From assembly GCF_028641065.1 (NCBI RefSeq), contig NC_073394.1, positions 29,388,001-29,452,000 of the forward strand: DNA of 64,000 nucleotides. The letters run 5' to 3'. The notes under the pieces are model-generated. The model did no database searches and was not told the DNA's origin. It saw only the letters and a program-made list of their open reading frames with translations. This document shows, piece by piece, positions 61,151 through 64,000 of the stretch (position 1 is its first letter; each line of letters opens with the position of its first letter). The position numbers and the translations under genes are program-made. Source of the DNA: Leucoraja erinacea. Its lineage: Eukaryota.

Positions 61151-62351
61151 GTCTAAGTTATTTCCCCTTTGTTAAAGAACTGGCCAGTCTTGCCTTTAGC
61201 CTCACACCCACCCTCAATGGCCACCCACAGGAAAGGAACCTGGAGCAGAATCACTCTGATCTTCCAACATCCACCCCCCCGCCCCTACCCACCCCCCTTC
61301 AATCGCTGTTGAGCAGCAAAGGAGTGATTGACCTCAAAATCCAATCACTCATGAAGAGAACATTTGAACCGCTACTATGCAGTTAATTTAGGATGGTGCA
61401 TCAGGGACCCAGTATTCAATAGTGACAATATCTATGCACAGTTAGAGTGTGCAATGCTTCATTTCCTTGCTTAGAGTGGAGCTGATGAAAACCAGTTGCT
61501 TTTCGATCATGTACGTGAAATAACATAAGGGACTCAATTACTGGGAGACGCATTGTTTCGACAGCTTTGGCAGCCTTCTATAATTGAACATGTGACACCA
61601 AATGATGTGGTCACAGGCAAGTTGGCCTGACTAACATGGAATAGGATTTGCATGAAGTTTTGATATTGCATCCCTGGTGTGTGGCAAATAGCATGGAAAC
61701 ACAGCTGTCGATTCTAAAATAAGAAACTAGAGATGTCGGACAACAGTTCAGGCAACATCTGCAGAGAGGGTGGCAGCGTTAATATTTCAGTACAAGGGCC
61801 CTCTCATCAGAACAGCAAATGTGAGAAAACAAGTGAGTTTTGAGGTTGCAGGGTGAGGGAAGGGTGGAGAGAACACATGGAAGGGGGTTCTGTGACTGTG
61901 AGTAGACCCGGTTTGTCCAAATGACACAATGTTCTCAGAATACCCAGTTAATGGATGAATGAAAACCATCTTGAGAGACAATCAAAAAGTAACAGAACAA
62001 GCTCAAACTATGAGGTGCAGAACAACAGCAGTTGTTGGAGATCTGAAATGAAAGAGATTATCCAGCGGTACAGGCAACTGCTTTTTTCCATCACACTCCC
62101 ATTTTGATCCCCTTGTCTTTGGCCTCCTACATTGTTCCATAAACCCCAGTGTATTCTTGAGGAACAGAACTGTCCTTGTGATTGAACAATCAATTAAATA
62201 ATTCCAGGCAATCAGAGCCTTGGTGTGCATATCCTTGAAGATTTGTCCTGTGTCCAGCACACTAATGCAATCACAAAGAAAGCTCATTAATGTCTCTATT
62301 TCCCTGGCGATTTGGTATACCAACAGATTCTATGTTGATAGTCTACAGGGA

Positions 62352-62535
62352 CAGAAACATAGAAAATAGGTGCAGGAGTAGGCCATTCTGCCCTTCGAGC
62401 CTGCACCGCCATTTGATATGATCATGGCTGATCATCCAACTCGGTATCCCATCCCTGCCTTCTCTCCATACCCCCTGATCCATTTAGCCACAAGGGCCAC
62501 ATCTAACTCCCTCTTAATGTGGTTGGCCAGTTCCT
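62352..62535 (-). mobile_element. Short young CR1 3' tail
   Basis: Matches the 3' UTR of the 34927 copy. Confidence 0.9.
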
Positions 62536-62859
62536 CAGGGAACTGTTCTGAGACCCAACCATCTCCAAGTGCTTCTTTTAAACTTGCTTTGATTAAAAAG
62601 TGTGAAGTGGGGGTGATTGCAGATGATTAAACACTCACATTTCCTCAGCAATTCAATTCAATGATTCAATGTACTGTCACATGTACCTAGGTACAGTGAA
62701 ATGCTTTATTTTGTATACAAGCCGGAAAAATCATACAGCAAACCCACCTTGGTTGTGCACAAGTGTTGCCACGATTTGGTGCCGACAAAGTTAGAAAGGT
62801 TCACTGCATGGCACCGCATGTAGGAACAGCCCCTCCCCCCTCCATCCACTCCTCCGCCG

Positions 62860-63090
62860 GAAGTTTGAAAACACATTCCTCCATATTTTGGGACACTTTC
62901 TTCCCAGCTGTTATCAGGCAACTGAACGGTCCTCTCAATCAGCTAGCGTGTGGTCCTGACCTCCCATCTACCTCATTGGAGATCTTTGAAATATATTCAA
63001 TCGGACTTTATTGGAATTCACTGGTATATCTTGCACCGAATGTTGTACCCTTTATACTTTACCTCTGTACTGTGGACAGCTTGATTCTTT
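62860..63090 (+). mobile_element. Rex1/Babar 3' remnant
   Basis: SLKTHSSIFWDTFFPAVIRQLN; same UTR as the host element at 32690-33495. Confidence 0.7.
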
Positions 63091-63094
63091 AGTT

Positions 63095-64000
63095 GATTTT
63101 AGCTTAGAGATAAGGATGGAAACAGGCACTTTGTCCCACTGAGTCCACACTGACCAGCGATCGCCTGTACACTAATTGTGTATGGGTGTATACACTACAA
63201 TACTAGGAACTAGTGTTCCTATACACTAGGAAACAAATATTCACTCATTCTTCCTGTATACTCGGAACAATTTAAAGAAACCAATGAACCCGCAAACCTG
63301 CGTGTCTTTGGAATGTGGGAGAAAATTTTATATTAACCTACGACAAATTATTGTTTGTTGCATATTTCAAAATTTATGTATCAGACTTTTGAAACACAGT
63401 GTGGAGACAGGTCCGTTGGCCCACCGGGTTTGTGTCAGCAAACGGTCACCCCACACACTAGCACTATCCTACATACTTACATTTTACAGCAACAAATCAA
63501 CCTACAAACCTCTACATCTTTAGAGTGTAGGAGAAAACCAGAGCAGCCGGAGGAAACCCACATGGTCACTGGGAGAATTTGCAAACTTTGTACAGACAGC
63601 ACCCATAGTCAGGATTGAACCCAGGTCTCTGAAGCTGTATGGCAGCACCTCTACCTCTGCGCCTCCAAGCCATCCTATTTATTTGTATAGTCTTTTCTCA
63701 GACCTGATATCACGCAAACTAAAGTTTTTCACAGTATCTTGCTACAGGTGACAATATTAAACTAAATTAAACTAAACATCGATTCATTTTATTCATTCTG
63801 GTTAAGCCAGTCTAATTAATCTAATTTCCCTGGTTTTACTGTATGTGATCTTGAACTCTTCACCATTACTTTTAGTTTAGTTTAGTTTAGTTTAGAGATG
63901 CAGCGTGGAAACAGGCCCTTCGGCCCACCGAGTCCACATCAACCAGCGATCCCCTCGCATTAACACTATCCTACACACACTAGGGACAAATTACACTTAT
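63095..64000 (-). mobile_element. Cluster of three HE1-like V-SINE copies; the last is cut by the window edge
   Basis: Reversed tails at about 63095, 63385 and 63872 (TTTAG)n. Confidence 0.85.

Overview
Eukaryotic, repeat-dense vertebrate DNA. The repeat inventory (HE1/V-SINE-type tRNA SINEs with CR1-type tails, young CR1 LINEs, Penelope-like GIY-YIG remnants, DeuSINE-like relics) points to a cartilaginous fish, probably a skate or ray (inference). The only host gene I can support is the first coding exon of B4GALNT4 (minus strand, 17925-17775, 151 nt, phase-1 donor). It has a CpG-island promoter and several upstream ATGs, and intron 1 runs off the left edge. Almost all other ORFs in the track are transposon fragments or noise. 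The most distinctive signal is about 20 copies of a Penelope-type minimal hammerhead ribozyme motif (CTGAAGA-A-GGGT.CTCG.ACCC-GAAA-CGTC). Many lie in ~140-290 bp fold-back insertions flanked by 10-15 bp target-site duplications. Also present: a non-autonomous RTE element with a pseudoknot-like 5' structure, Harbinger-type MITEs, a solo LTR, a near-perfect 1.48 kb tandem duplication, and a diverged 0.7 kb inverted duplication with a 99-nt almost identical core. Repeat family names come from recalled motifs, not database searches, and most repeat boundaries are approximate.
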